This document shows, in pieces, positions 53,401 to 64,000 of a stretch of 64,000 nucleotides of DNA (positions are counted from its first letter, which is position 1; every line of letters starts with the position of its first letter). Both the position numbers and the translations under genes were made by a program. Origin of the DNA: Eledone cirrhosa (lineage: Eukaryota); NCBI GenBank assembly GCA_964016885.1, contig OZ024741.1, positions 336,474,001-336,538,000 of the forward strand, read 5' to 3'. The notes under the pieces are model-generated. The model searched no databases. It was not told the origin of the DNA and saw only the letters and a list, made by a program, of their open reading frames with translations.

Positions 53401-53874
53401 GTGTCTGTGTGTGTGTCTTTATGTATCTCTCTCCCTAGGCTCTTGAGAAATAAAGTTAGTCTTTTCCTTCTTCTTCATAAGCAGGATTTTCTTAATGGTG
53501 CCAATTATTTCTATTGGAAATCTAGTGCAGTCACACATAAAGGGGTCCTTAGGGTTTATACAATAACACTCCTCCTGTAGAACATGCAGCTTCCTCTAGC
53601 AAGGCGGCAAGCACTTTACCTACAACACCGACCATTTAGTCTCATCTTTACAGTCAATAATAGTCAATAAAAAGTAATTTAATTCTCTAATCTTACCTCA
53701 AGCTGGCAATATTGAAGCTAAATTCTTGATATCGGCAGAAAGATATGCACCAATTATTCTATCATTATCATTGTTGTCTCTACTGTTGTACACTTTTATT
53801 ACTATCATTAATACAGATGTTTTCTGCTTTTCTCAATTGGGAAATACAGAATAAAACCTTTATACTTGCTTTTC

Positions 53875-53950
53875 TTCTCTTTCTTCTTCTTTTTCTTCTT
53901 CTTCTTCTTCTTCTTCTTCTTCTTCTTCTTCTTCTTCTTCTTCTTCTTCT
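53875..53950. repeat. (CTT)n microsatellite
   Basis: Directly visible. Confidence 0.95.
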
Positions 53951-54294
53951 CCTCCCCATCACCCCCTCCCCTTCAATATTGTCGGGGTGCAGGAGGGCAG
54001 AGGATAGTATTCAACCATCTTCTAATATATTACTATTACTATTTCCCTGTTTCATATTATTATTTGACTACCTTTAGAATACTATTTAATAATGTTCTGT
54101 AATTGGACATTGTTAACTTTATAATAATGTTGTTTAATGGTGTTTTTCTTCCTCTTTCTTAATATTATTATTGTCAATTCATCTAGAATTATATCCAATG
54201 TTTGGTCATTTTACAATTTTGTCTCATATTCTCTTTTATTCTTCTTTTGATATATATATATGAATGTATATCTATACATATATACATACATATA

Positions 54295-55054
54295 TATGGT
54301 TTTTCTCACATAGATTTGAGAAAAACCACAGACCCTCCATCTCAATTCTACTTTTGAAAAGCAGTAAGAACGAAATAGACGGGTCACAGCGGGGGAAAAA
54401 ATATGTGTAAATATGAGAATAAACGTTCTGCGGAGTTGCAAATGGGTTACATATGAATAAAGTGGTCCTTCATCAGTGATCTTCCAACCCGTTTATTTCG
54501 TTCTTACTACTTCCCCTTTCTCTGTATCTTTACACTCTCTAACAGTCACTCTCTCTGTTAGCCTCTTCCTCACCCTTCACTCACTCACTCTCTGTTACTA
54601 CCTCTCCTCCTCCTTCTTCCCGTTTGACTTGTGTGTAATTCTTTTCTTTCGCATGCTTGGCCAGGCCGGTTCGCCTTTTTTCTCTCTCTCGTCTACGATT
54701 TCACAGAACTTATGTTCACCAAATTCACAGACTAGACCCCTTCTTCCTCCCGTTAGACCTGTGCGGAATTCCTTCCTTGCTCACATTTCAACCAGGTTTG
54801 ATGGCCTTTATTCTCTCTTGTTCACGATTTCACCAAACTTATATTCATGGAAATTTGGGACTTGACTCGTTCTTCCTCACTTTTCGTTGCTTCACCATCT
54901 TTGTTTGTTTACACTCTCGCTGTTCCCTTTATTTACGTGTCCCAACGACTTTCTTTAGTCGTTGCTTGCACCAACCGGAGGTATATGGTCTTTAAAGCGA
55001 AGAAATACCGATGATGGTTGGAAGATCACTGATGAAGGACCACTTTATTCATAT
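54295..55054 (+). mobile_element. Non-coding CpG-rich element with inverted 5' segment and CTGATGA core (PLE-like non-autonomous candidate)
   Basis: IR1 54451-54489/55016-55054 (39 bp, perfect); IR2 54359-54384/54487-54512; flanked by TA repeats. Confidence 0.6.
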
Positions 55055-55100
55055 ATATATATATATATATATATATTTATTTATTATATACATACATAGA

Positions 55101-55274
55101 TGAGGGTTGGCTGAAAAGTTCATAGGCTGACCTAGATACTCTCATGGAATGACCAAATGATCTTTATTTTTTTAACATAGTCCCTGGAAAGAAACAATGC
55201 CGTTATTAATAAGAGTTGAAATTAATGCATGCAAGATTACACAGCTCTAGCATCACTTCATCATAGTCAGCCTA
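55101..55274. mobile_element. Mariner-type MITE with truncated right TIR
   Basis: tgagggttggctgaaaagttcataggctgac; the interior matches 36330-36510. Confidence 0.82.
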
Positions 55275-55329
55275 CCTTTGTATATATATATATATATATA
55301 TTAGAATTGGCGCTCTGAAATAGCGATAT

Positions 55330-55585
55330 ATATATGAATGTATATATAGTGTATTTTGCAATACACACACTGTATGCTTAATTAAAAGCATTTCGAAGAC
55401 CTTACGCTATTGTTTTAGAGTAGTGACAGTCTCACTTTAAATTTTCAGCAAACTGTTTGCTGTTTGCTGAAAATTTAAAGTAAGTGAGACTGTCACTACT
55501 CTAAAACAATAGAGTAAGGTCTTCGAAATGCTTTTAATTAAGCATACAGTGTATTGCAAAATACACTATATATACATTCATATAT
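55330..55585. repeat. Palindrome with arms of about 124 bp and an 8-nt loop
   Basis: 55330-55453 versus 55462-55585, with two 4-nt indels and one mismatch. Confidence 0.92.
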
Positions 55586-55819
55586 GTGTATATATAGTTT
55601 TCATGTCTCCTTTTCTGTTCTGGCATGGGTTGAATTTTGAAGCTGTTTTTTCTATGAGTGTATGTGCTTGCATGTATGTATGATACATTTATGGAACTTT
55701 CATATATAATAGTGATACTACTTTGAGAAAACTACTGTTTATGTAGAGATTGTGTAGTGCACATGATGTGTTTTGTTGTTGGGTGGTGATAATTCTGAAG
55801 AAAATGTGATGTGAATATA

Positions 55820-56420
55820 GTTTCACAGCATTAGAGATACGTCCCTTTACGTTCTGGGTTTAGATCCTGCTGATGTTAACTTTGCCTTTCATTCTTACAG
55901 GGTTTGATAAAATAAAGTATCGGTAACACACTGGTTGGCCTTGTGCTTAAATCAGAAACCATTATTATTATTATTATCATTATTATTATTATAGGGCATG
56001 GCAGTAGTGGATTGGCAGTATCGAGAGAGCGTTGGACACCATGCTTTGTAGCATAGAGTTATGCCCCTTTTTGATCTGTGTTCAAAACCTGCCGAGGTAA
56101 GCTTTGTCTTTCATCCTTACAGGGTTGATAAAATAAAGCACCAGTAATGCACTGGGATCGATTTAATCGTCTTTCCTCTACTCCAAAATTGCTGGCCTTG
56201 TGCCTATAGTAGAAATCATTATTTGGCAGTATTGGTTGACGCCATGCTTTGACGAATAGAGTTGCCATTCTGAGTTCAAATCCCACTGAACTTAACTTTG
56301 CCTTTCATCCTTATGGTGTCGATAAAATAAAGTACCAATAATACACTGGGGTAATTGCTGGCCTTGTGCCAAACGTAGAAACAATTATTATTATTTTCAA
56401 ATTGCTAGCCTTGTGCCTAA
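55820..56420 (+). mobile_element. Head-to-tail cluster of 3-4 SINE copies
   Basis: Repeated B box, central domain and tail, separated by (ATT)n. Confidence 0.85.
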
Positions 56421-56807
56421 ATTAATGATTTGAAAACTACATCAAGAGTTCTTGTATTTGGAACAAGAATGAGAAACATCTTGGATAACATGTCCTGAGG
56501 GGATTCAATGTTAACGAGAATATTTATTGTTAATGAGATTGTTTATGATTAATAAAACTATTCATGGTTAACGAGAGTGTTTATGATTAATAAAAATCTT
56601 TCAATGTTAACAAATGTTGTGTAGTAATGCTCCAATAATATTTACAGCTATTTATTGCAATTTCTCTATATTTAATACAATATTCCTATCATCACCATCA
56701 GCACTGTTTTATGTCCATTTTCTACACTAGCATGGGTTTGATGAGTTGTCCTCATGTGGACAATGCTAGGTTTGGTGACCATGTCTTGCTCATACAGAAC
56801 TGATTTG

Positions 56808-57232
56808 TATATTTACTACTGATTTCCTATATTTACAACAATCACCCTATATTTACTACAATCTCCCTATATTTACTACAATCTCCCTATATTTACAACA
56901 ATCTTTCTATATTTACTACAACCTCCCTATATTTGCAACAATCTCCCTATATTACTACAATCTCCCTCTATTTATTACAATCTCTCTCTATTTACAACAA
57001 TCTCTCTATATTTACAACAATCTCCTTTATTTACTGCAATCTCTCTCTATTTACAACAATCTCCCTATATTTACTACAATCTCCCTATATTTAATACAAT
57101 CTCCCTATATTTACTACAACCTCCCTATATTTACTACAATCTCCCTATATTTACTACAATCTCTCTATATTTACAACAATCTCTCTATATTTACAACAAT
57201 CTCCTTTATTTACTGTAATCTACCTATATTTA
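56808..57232. repeat. 20-bp minisatellite, about 21 copies
   Basis: atttactacaatctccctat. Confidence 0.95.
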
Positions 57233-59374
57233 TCCTTATAGATAATCTGTGAATGTCCTTATAAACATGGCTATACCAATCACAAATAGAATAACAGATA
57301 TATTCCTTAACTGTCACAATGTTTCTAATTCAATGGCTAAGTTGGTGTAATTTTGTTACATTTTGGCTTATTCCTGCACAGTATTATAATCATTGGGTCC
57401 ATGCAAGCATGGAAAAAATGGATGCAAAAACAGTGATGATGATGATGATTGTGTGAATAATTAGTACACTATTGTTGGTAATTAGTGAACTATTGTCCTT
57501 TTTGTTATGGAAAATGATGAGAGACTCATGTATTACCTCATGATCTGATGTTACACTAGTGAAATAATAAACAACTAATAAAATACAAGTTAATCTATTC
57601 CACATGACACCCACCACCACCATAAATATAACTTAAGGATCAGTCCAGCCTTGAGGCGCCGTGTTTTATCATTAAACAGGTCGAAGTTCTTATGAGTACC
57701 ACAGAAGTTTTTCTTGGAGCATTTAGAAATTTTGTGGCTAAACCCATGCAGAGTAACTATGCTATATTATTAATGTGACTGAAAATATATTATGTCAGCC
57801 AGGGTAGAATATCCTGGTACGGTGTGATGTAATAATTATCTCTATAAATACTTCATACCAGGGGCATTTGCCATTTATATTGTGGGAGTTGTGGATGTTC
57901 CTTTCAATATATTTAATAATTATGGCCTTCTCCTTTGTAATGTAAATACTGTTATTTCTGCTAAACAATCCAGACTAGATTTGTGAATCAATGCTTGAGA
58001 TAGTCTTATGTATAATGGAGATATATAAGTTTGAAAAATTATTGGCCATGCTTTCATGATTGTTCATGTATCATTTTTATGTCTATTTTTGATGTTGTTT
58101 TAGATTTGTACTAACTATTCTAAATCTAAACCAATTTCTTGTAAGATTTTGCTGGTTTCCACCAATTTAGAATGGGAATAGCAAAGTCATTAGAATGTTG
58201 GATAGAAGGCATCATAGTATTTGTTACAGCTCTCTGCACTCTGAATTCAAATCCTGTCACAGTCAACTTTTCTCTTTCATTCTTTTGAGGTTGATAAAAG
58301 AAGTACCAGTCCAATAGAATGCTGGGGTCGATTCTTTCTCTCTATTTTTCTCACTTCCTCTCTTTTTCTCTGGAAGAAATCAGCTGTGTTCAGGCCTGGA
58401 GATGGGAAGGGCTCTGCCATGTTTAACATGCCCAATATATGCTATATGTAATGATGATGGCCCTATGGCACTATCAGGAGTTTTGGCCAGATAGGATAGG
58501 ACGTACATATACCATGTGTCACAATGACACCTCTATGACACCACCAGGAGTTTTGGCCAGATAAGATAGGACATACATATACCATATGTCACAATGGCAC
58601 TTCTATGTTACAGGTCAATATGTACTTACCATATTTATATCATGTTCTACAATGGTATGTATGTAGCAGTCCTTTTTAGGGGTTGGGAAAGGTAATGGTT
58701 AACAGTAATCAATACCTTCTTATATTGCCTGCTTCTAGACATCCAAAGTTTACTCCTTCTCTTCTAGGGAAGTTCTTATAAGTACCACAGAAGTTTTTCT
58801 TGAAGCATTTAGAAATGTGTGGCTTCTGAGTTCAAATCCCACTGAGGTTTACTTTACCTTTCATCCTTACAGGGTTGATAAAATAAAGCATCTATTTACC
58901 CCTTCTCTTCTAGGGATTTACATTCTTTGGGTGTCACACTTTGTCATAGCTAATAAAAGAAACCATTATCATCACCATTGTTATCATCGCTACTACTACT
59001 ATTGCCAAGACCATCATAACTACTACTACCACCATCCCCATCACCACCACCACCATTAACATAACTACTATAATCAGCATAAATTTGATAATTAATCTAA
59101 CAGTAAAATATTTTTGCAAGGTGCTATCTGTATGTTATTAATTATTTCTTCAAGAAAGTTAATCTTATTTACCTTGTACATCTACATAATCTTAACTTTT
59201 ATGGCTTCTTCACTTTTCTAATGATTTCCTCCATCTTAACGAACTTGAAGGTGGGGGTAATTAATTTAATTAAAGCAACAATATGATGAACTTGAAGCTT
59301 ATTATTGTCATAACGAAACATTTCAATATGACAGGCAAGTTGAATTATGTCCGTATTTGTCATTATTTGTAAAT

Positions 59375-59868
59375 CGGCAGTGTTGGACATAATGTTTTGC
59401 TGCTCTAAGTTTCACCGCTTTCTAAGTTCAAATCCAGATTAGATCAACTTTTGGGGTCAATAAAATAAAGTACCAGTCACGTACTGGGGTCAATTCAATT
59501 GACTTTACCCTCTCCTCCAGAAGTTACTGATCTTGTGCCTTAAATGGAAATCATCATTATTATTATTATGTTCTGAATTCAAATCCTGCTGTGTTAGCTT
59601 TACTTTCATCCTTACGGGGTCGATAAAATAAAGTACCAGTAACACATGGGATCGATTTAATTGACTTTCCCCTCTCACCAAAATTGTTGGTGTTTTGCCA
59701 AAATCTGAAATCATTATTATTACGTTCTGAGTTCAAATCATGCTGAGGTTAGCTTTGCCTTTCATCCTTATGAGGTCGATAAAATAAAGTACCAGTAACA
59801 AACTGAGGTCTATTCAATCGACTTTCCACTCCTTCAAAATTGCTGACCTTGTGCTTAAATCAGAAATC

Positions 59869-59923
<55 letters not shown>

Positions 59924-60270
59924 GGGTTGTGGATTGGCAGTATTGGTAGAGCGTCGAACAACATGCTTTGCAGCATAACTTTATGTTCTTTCAAGTTCTG
60001 AGTTCAAATCCTGTCAAGTTTAGCTTTGCCTTTGATTCTTGAGTTTACATTGCTCATGATCTTGAGAGGACAACTGAATAATAGAATGAACTCTATAGAT
60101 GATGAACACAACCACAAAGATATGGTCCGAACGTGGAAGAGCCAAACTCTCACTGTCATCGCCTCCGTCTCTCTCCAATAAAATAAAGTGCCAGTAATGT
60201 AGTGACGTTGATTTAATCGACTTTATCCTTTTCCCCCCAATTTGTTGGCCTTGTGCCTAAATCAGAAAAC
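59375..60270 (+). mobile_element. Head-to-tail cluster of 4 SINE copies
   Basis: Units at about 59375, 59565, 59722 and 59922, with (ATT)n spacers. Confidence 0.85.
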
Positions 60271-61419
60271 CTTTTCATTATTATTTGTGCTACATCATCA
60301 TTATTGCCATTATCACTATAACCATGGTTATCTCCCTAGATATCTACCCACTTGTTAAATCTTTCGAATGTCTTAAACTATATACTATATTTCTTTGATG
60401 CTTCATCTTTGGGTTAGTATTTCTATGTGATTTTATTGTCATTTTCAGGAATAATTGCAGCTATAAAGTATGTTTACTGGAAATAAGTTTTAAACATGTT
60501 ATTTTTCTAAATTCTTTTCAAAAATTCTTTATTCTAAACAGCACACACAATTCTAGCGAAGCTGTGTGTCATCTACACTTCATTTCCAGAGATGAACGTA
60601 TCTTACAAAGATGAAAGCTTGTCAATGTTTAGCAATTCAATGAAATATATTGTTATTGTAGTTATTTCCTGAGAGGATATCATATTGCTAATGTTGTCTA
60701 TATTTTGATATTTAAGATTTTAATATATATAAAAAAGGAAAGGGGGGGAAACACATGCTTCATGATATCATTAAAAGGAAATAACTTTTAAGCAGAATAA
60801 TGGTTTCTGCTAAACATCAATGTTATTTTTTTCATATTGAACCAATATTTTCAATAGTTGCCTATTTCTTTTACTCTTGCTGTTTTCAATACAATTCTAT
60901 GAAAAGGACCTAAATATTTCTTCTATATTTTCAAGTTAGTGTCAAATTTCTGCTGTATTCTTTCTTTTATGGAATCAGTTTTTACTAGTTTAGACAAAGA
61001 CTGGAAATTCCATGCATTATTCTTCAACATTTATCTTTCCAGAGTGTCTTAGTTTGTTAGATGAAATAATAGTCGACATTATCATGGATGTAACCATGAA
61101 ATCATTTGATTCCATTTCATTTAGATATACTTTTAACATTGCAAGTCGCCAAATAGCAGCAATATTAAAATACAACAAACATTATTAGGCCATTTTCATT
61201 GCTTGCAGAGGGACTTTTGACAGTTTTCATACACATCGTGGGGTCCTTTTTGAAGAAACGTTTTACAGCAAGATGCACTTCCTTTTGCTAACCCTTTTAG
61301 TTTCCTCCTATAACATACAGGACCAGATAATAGACCTTTGAGCCCAGAGCAGTTCAGGTTAAGTGTGCCCCTCATATTACAACACACACACATATATATA
61401 TGTATATATATATACACAT

Positions 61420-61480
<61 letters not shown>

Positions 61481-61659
61481 TAAACAGGAGGAGAGAGAAG
61501 AAAGGGCTCTGTTTGATGAAGGAGGCCCAAGGAAATTTGTCACCTCCAATAAATCCAGTTCTGACAATATATAAGGATATAATGTACCTATACCAAAACA
61601 GGATATGTACAGTTTGTAATTGGTGTTCAAATGCTGCATTAAATATATTAATAACAATA

Positions 61660-61915
61660 TTAATGATTTCTGATTTAGGCACAAGCCAACAATTTTGTGA
61701 GGGGGGAAACGTCAATTAAATTGACTCCAATACATTACTGATACTTTATTTTATCGACACAAGAAGTTAACCTTGGTGAGATTTGAACTCAGAACGTTAA
61801 TAATTGTTTCTACATTTGGCACAGGATGAAAGGCAAAGTTAACCTTGGCCGGATTTGAACTCAGAACGCAAAGGGCCATAACTCTGATGCTCTACCGATA
61901 CTGCTGATTCACCAA
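61660..61915 (-). mobile_element. Two nested or partial SINEs
   Basis: Reverse-complement SINE motifs (gatttgaactcagaacg twice). Confidence 0.75.
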
Positions 61916-62255
61916 ATAATATACTCTGATTACTGTTCTATGTGTCTGTTTATCAGCTTGTACCTTTTCTACATAGAATAAAAGTGAAAGCTAAGCAACT
62001 AGACTTGATATAAAATTATTGTATGAGTTTGATTAAGAAAGCAAACATAATTTTACAGTCTATAACTATCTTTAAATGAGTGGTGTTATTACATTACGCT
62101 GCCACAAAATCTGAGGAGACCATGATTAATTCATATAACTTTTTTTTTTTTTTTTGCATGATTGTTAATTACAGAGGCCAAAAAAATAACAGAAGTCGAA
62201 AAACAACAAAAACTCTTGTATTCATTTCAAAACTAGAATTCATAGTCATTATTTT

Positions 62256-62586
62256 ACCATCATCATCATCATCATCATCATCATCATTATTATTGTCACT
62301 ATAGTCATCATTGTTATTATCATCACTATCATCATCATTGTCATCATAATTGTCATCATGATCATGCTCATCGCCATCCTTATCATCATTATCATCATCA
62401 TCATCACCATCATCACCATCACCATCATCATCATCACCATCATCACTATCATCATTGTCATCGTCATCATGCTCATCGCCATCCTTACCATCATCATCAT
62501 CATTGTAATCATCATCATCATCACCACCACCATCACTATCTACATCATCAACATCATCGTCATTCCCATTGTAATAACCATCACTG
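62256..62586. repeat. Degenerate (CAT)n array
   Basis: Directly visible. Confidence 0.9.
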
Positions 62587-63094
62587 TAGAAGATATACTA
62601 AATTTTCTTAGATTCGTTATTGCTATAATGATAACGATTGGTTTGACATTACAGTCTTCCACGTGACTCTCATTCTTTAAAAAGCCTTTATTTAATTAGC
62701 TAGATTGTTAATTTTCTAATTACGCTGAATTCTGTTCACACATATATGGATGCACACATGCACACACACAGACAGGCACACAGGTGCACACATATTTCTA
62801 TATGAATACATCTATATACACATACATATATACATATATGTATGTGTGTATGTATATACATACACATATATATACATACACACATACATATATGTATATA
62901 TGCATGCATACACACAGACATATACACATATATATATGTATACATACATAGATACATAGTAACAAATACATATATATATATATATAATGTATGTAAATAC
63001 CTAAATATGTGTGTTGAGATGAAAAAATTAGAACTTCATGTTTCTTAGAAATCATATACTAAACCCAATTGAAGGTAAAAAAATATGTATGTAC

Positions 63095-63134
<40 letters not shown>

Positions 63135-63136
<2 letters not shown>

Positions 63137-63625
63137 TGGTGGCTGCCAACTCGTTTTCGAGTACGGCCACTACTTTATATCCATGTAGGAGAATCCCTAC
63201 CGATGCGCTGAACGAGTGTGACTTTTTAGTCCAGCCAGCGACTTGAAAACTCTGGTACAAACACTACACTTGTGACAATTACTGACACATAGTGCTGGGC
63301 CCATGGTACCATGTGACGACAAGTACAGAGAGATCTCCAGATATAAAGCAATGCCTGTGCTGTGAAGCTTTTATAGTGAGCAAAGGCACTGCACAAAGCC
63401 AGTCCCACTCTCTTAACCAAGATGATATTTACCAAAAAGAAGAACAAGTCAACATCATTGGATACCATCAGGGTTGCAGGTGTTATATCAGAGTTTATCT
63501 TCTCCTAGAATTCTGCCTTGACAAAGGCTAAGGGGTTATCTCTCCCGGTGATTTTGGATGGCCATTGACTCTTAAGAGCTCCTTTGCTCTTTGACAGGTT
63601 TTGTTTTTAGTCCTGCAGGATGTCC
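63135..63625 (-). mobile_element. Probable LINE (RTE-type) 5'UTR fragment within (TA)n
   Basis: GC-richer island. The minus strand has ctaggagaagataaactctga, resembling the 'ctaggagaaggaaaactctga' motif I recall from RTE 5' regions. Confidence 0.35.
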
Positions 63626-63759
63626 AAATCATATATATATACACATATATATACAAAAGACCTGTTGACATACTGCTGACTCTCTTTTGATGTATGTATG
63701 TGTATATACATATGTGTATGTGTGTGTATATGTATATCTCAGTGGATGCGACCAGATTT

Positions 63760-63995
63760 CAACACAGCAACAACTACAACAACAACAGCAGCAACACCAA
63801 CAACAACAACAACAGCAACAACACCATCGTCTGTGTTGAATCTGTGTGTGTGTATGTATTTGTATATATGCGACAGCAATAACAGCATCAACACCATTGT
63901 CTGCAGCAACAGCAGCAGTGAAATGAACGACAACAACAACAGCAACAACAACTACAATAACAACTACAGCACCAACAACTGTCACCACCATCACT
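63760..63995. repeat. (CAA/CAG)n degenerate microsatellites
   Basis: Directly visible. Confidence 0.9.
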
Positions 63996-64000
63996 GACCA

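Noticed and set aside
56808-57232. CRISPR-like array (also 33225-33458 and 960-1550)
   Set aside because: Contiguous tandem units without unique spacers, no cas genes, and a eukaryotic context.

Overview
AT-rich, repeat-saturated animal genomic DNA. A coleoid cephalopod such as an octopus is the best inference, based on the RTE LINEs with (ATG/CAT)n tails, the dense tRNA-derived SINEs and the very long (TA)n/(CA)n tracts. I cannot support any host protein-coding gene; nearly all ORF-track entries are microsatellite or antisense-LINE artefacts. Recognisable content: several RTE-clade LINE copies whose ORF carries a C4HC3 PHD-like finger inside the RT domain; a Tx1/L1-clade LINE with a twin-priming-type 5' inversion, sitting in a (TATC)n tract; a 5'-truncated Penelope-like element (GIY-YIG C-terminus, minus strand, missing from the ORF track) with inverted terminal repeats; mariner-, hAT- and piggyBac-like MITEs; over 20 SINE copies; and many mini- and microsatellites. 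The most striking signal is about eight fold-back (palindromic) insertions next to microsatellites, together with five full-length minimal type I hammerhead ribozyme folds (10959-11029 -, 11155-11225 +, 18760-18798 +, 19669-19760 -, and 43019-43081 +, the last with a core mutation). These point to a diverse population of non-autonomous, ribozyme-bearing hairpin retroelements probably mobilised by Penelope-like elements. All coordinates were read by eye; those of degenerate repeats are approximate.
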